Assembly (NCBI GenBank): GCA_951406725.2
Contig: OX597814.1
Coordinates: 217,930,001-217,994,000 of the forward strand
Origin: Octopus vulgaris
Lineage: Eukaryota
DNA: 64,000 bases
Direction of reading: 5' to 3'
Below, in pieces: positions 61,240 to 64,000 of the stretch. Both the position numbers and the translations under genes were made by a program. The notes under the pieces were generated by a model, which had not been told where the DNA came from, did not search any database, and worked only from the letters and a program-made list of their open reading frames with translations. Position 1 is the stretch's first letter; each line of letters opens with the position of its first letter.

Positions 61240-64000
61240 ATTATACTTTGGCTCCTGAAATGATAATCAAAAGGCCCCAAGTTCAATAACATAGCAAGGC
61301 ATCATGGGTAAAATGCCTTTTACCATAGCTTCAGGGAAAACTGAGCTATTTGTAGTATTTGGCTACAACCTGTTCATTTAACACCTGTTTTCCATTCTGG
61401 TATGGGTCATTAAAATTTTGCCAGGGTTGTCTTTGCCTTTTATCATTCCAATTTTAATAAAATAAGTACAAACATCCAGCCATATTATCCAATCATTGAG
61501 TCCTTGAAAATTTTACTGTAATGTCAAATTCCATAACATGAAACCTGTTTTCTTATTGGCTTCTTTGTTATGCAAAATAAAGTAGTCAATGGGAAAAAAA
61601 TAGGTTATATTACAGGATTTTACATTATGGCAAAATTGTCAAAACAATATTTCCATAATGTGAAAGATGCCTGTACTAGTCATGTGCTTTAGACAATAAA
61701 ATGGATTACATTCCCCACTTCTAAAATTCAGCTGTATCAAAGTTAGAATGTATTATTAATATATTTGTTACCACCGTTACACTACCTAAAACTTGGACTT
61801 CAGATTTGATTGTGCCCATTCTGACCATAAAACTTATGAAACCCTTCAAAGCCCCACTTTTATAGCAGTTAGGCCTTAAAAGATAAGAGTTTTGTTTTCT
61901 TTTTATACTAATAAAATGTAAAACTAATGCAGTCAGACTGTACCAACAACACTAAAAAATTCTAACAAGAATCGAAATTTGAATTATTCTGCTGTAAATA
62001 AATCTACATCTGCTGAATTTATGTATTCATAAGTTTTGTGAGCCTTCAACCACTTGTGAGCCCTTGGTGCACTGGGAAAAGAAAAGGCTGGAGAAGTCAA
62101 CCTCAACGGCAATTCAAGGAGTCAGTCAGGCAGTCTGGTGTGCTCTTTGACACCCTTCCAGGAACTCAAGAGTTGGTGGAGCTCTCAAGCCCTGTCAATC
62201 AACTCAGCTAGAAGAATACCACTCTAGTGTAAAACTTACAGCTTGCTGGACATTGCAGCTGTCTTAGACTACCAATCAACTGTGGCTAAAGAGAACTACT
62301 ATACTACTATACTAGACTGTGACTAAAGAGAACTACTATACTAAGCACAGGCAAGAAGAAAAAGCCCTGTAACACCAAGGATCAGTTCACATAGCCACTG
62401 GAGAGCTTTCCTCTCTTCTGCATGATCTTCAGAAATAAAGAAACTGCTCTCATATAATTAACAGCCAAATGAGCAATGTTTTAATGACAACATTTAAACA
62501 ACAATATCAAAATGGCTGTCTTCTCTTATTTAATATATTCCCAGAGATAATGGTAAGAAATACATGTGCTCAAACTTTGTTCAAGTAGAAATACTGACAT
62601 GTATTTTAACAATCCCAAAGAAATGAAGGATTAAGTTAAGCTTAATACAATGTGAGTCTGACAGGTTTTAAGATCAAATCATTATAAATATTTCAAACTG
62701 AGTTGACACATACAATAATGTGAGTAAATATTATGAAAAAACTGCATGAAGTATACACACATGTAAAATGAAATTAGGTTTCTCAGTGCAAAGTGTGAGT
62801 AGCTCTTAATAAGTATATGAAAGTCAGCATGAATTTGTTGTAGAGAAACAATGTTAAAAATCATGCATTTTATTGAATTAAGTCCCATACATCTCAAAGG
62901 ATGCAAATGATGGATCTTGATAACAGAAATATTGTAGAAAATTCACTTATTATAAAAGTCAATCTTTCCCTCCTCTAGAAAGTGCCATTAAATAAATTAC
63001 AGCAGTGTTTTTGTGATAAGAATAAAGCCTACAACTTACTTCTTATATAAATATATTTGATGACAATTTTATTTTTTTTTACTTTATAAATATGAAAAGT
63101 TAAAAAGAAAAAAAAGCTAGCTATCAAAGATATGTAAATCGAAATCTTTAGTAGTTTCAATAAAAGAAGCATTGACAACCTCTGCTTTAAGATAAAGAGT
63201 AACAAAAAGAAAAATGTAAAAAAAAACCCAAAACTTTGAAAACCAAAGTCAACCGAGCAATTCAGAATATTAACAAATAAAAGTAAATGCTACGTAGCAT
63301 TTTTAGCACCAACATGCTACTGCTTCTGCCATCACAGATAATATCAAATATATCCGATTTCAAAACACCATCAAACATATAATAAAATACTTTTCTATAA
63401 ATTCTTGTTTTATTAACAAGATTGGCTGCTAGTAAATTATCAAGGATTTGTGAATTATTCTGGGCCAGCTGGACAAGATATTAGCCAACAAATACTTGAA
63501 TCAAGAATTCATATATGCACTGCAGGTATTTCATTGTCTCAGACTAAGATAATTAATTCTACATCATCTCAGTTCATCTAGTTGTGAGGAATATGTAGTA
63601 GGCTGTTTAGGAAAGCTATCTAACTCTGTATTCAGGAAAATATTTGACTTATCTACTAAAAGCTATAGTAACTAGCATTGCATGTCATGTCCTTTCTTAT
63701 TTTATTAGATTAATGGCTATAATCTGACATAACATTGCATTGATAATTCTGCAACTATTACTAATCTGCTACCAGGATTGCAATAGCAATGTCGTACAAA
63801 CTAAGAATTTACATCCTGCGTAAGAAATGTAACAAAAACACCATAAGTAGGTCAAATTATAGAAATGATATTCTTTGATTTTTTACTGAAATAAAGGTTT
63901 AAGCTTTTGTTGTCTCCTTTTTATAAAGGTTTATAACATCAATTTTTTTTCTTTAATTGAATATTTTCCAGGTGATTTACTTTTTAAAAAATAATAATAA

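Overview
AT-rich, repeat-dense eukaryotic DNA, intronic or intergenic. The SINE families, RTE-type LINE tails and very abundant microsatellites point to an octopus or other coleoid cephalopod; this is an inference from repeat content. No confidently identifiable protein-coding gene is present, and nearly all listed ORFs are microsatellite or repeat artefacts. The window holds about 20 copies of one tRNA-derived SINE plus two other SINE families, many RTE 3' ends, and decayed RTE, HERO-like and CR1-like RT fragments. It also holds non-autonomous Helitrons and piggyBac-, Tc1/mariner-, Tigger- and hAT-like MITEs. The most notable signal is a set of type I hammerhead-ribozyme (HHR) motifs from several unrelated non-coding repeat families. 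One is a fully intact HHR (25373-25468) in the loop of a 148-bp inverted repeat. A second, near-intact HHR carries a G5A change (26117-26213). A third family, present in three copies, is a fold-back element whose arms each read tRNA-like Pol III head > (AAT)n > minimal HHR. These look like non-autonomous Penelope-like or retrozyme-like RNAs. All structures were folded by eye and coordinates of decayed elements are approximate.
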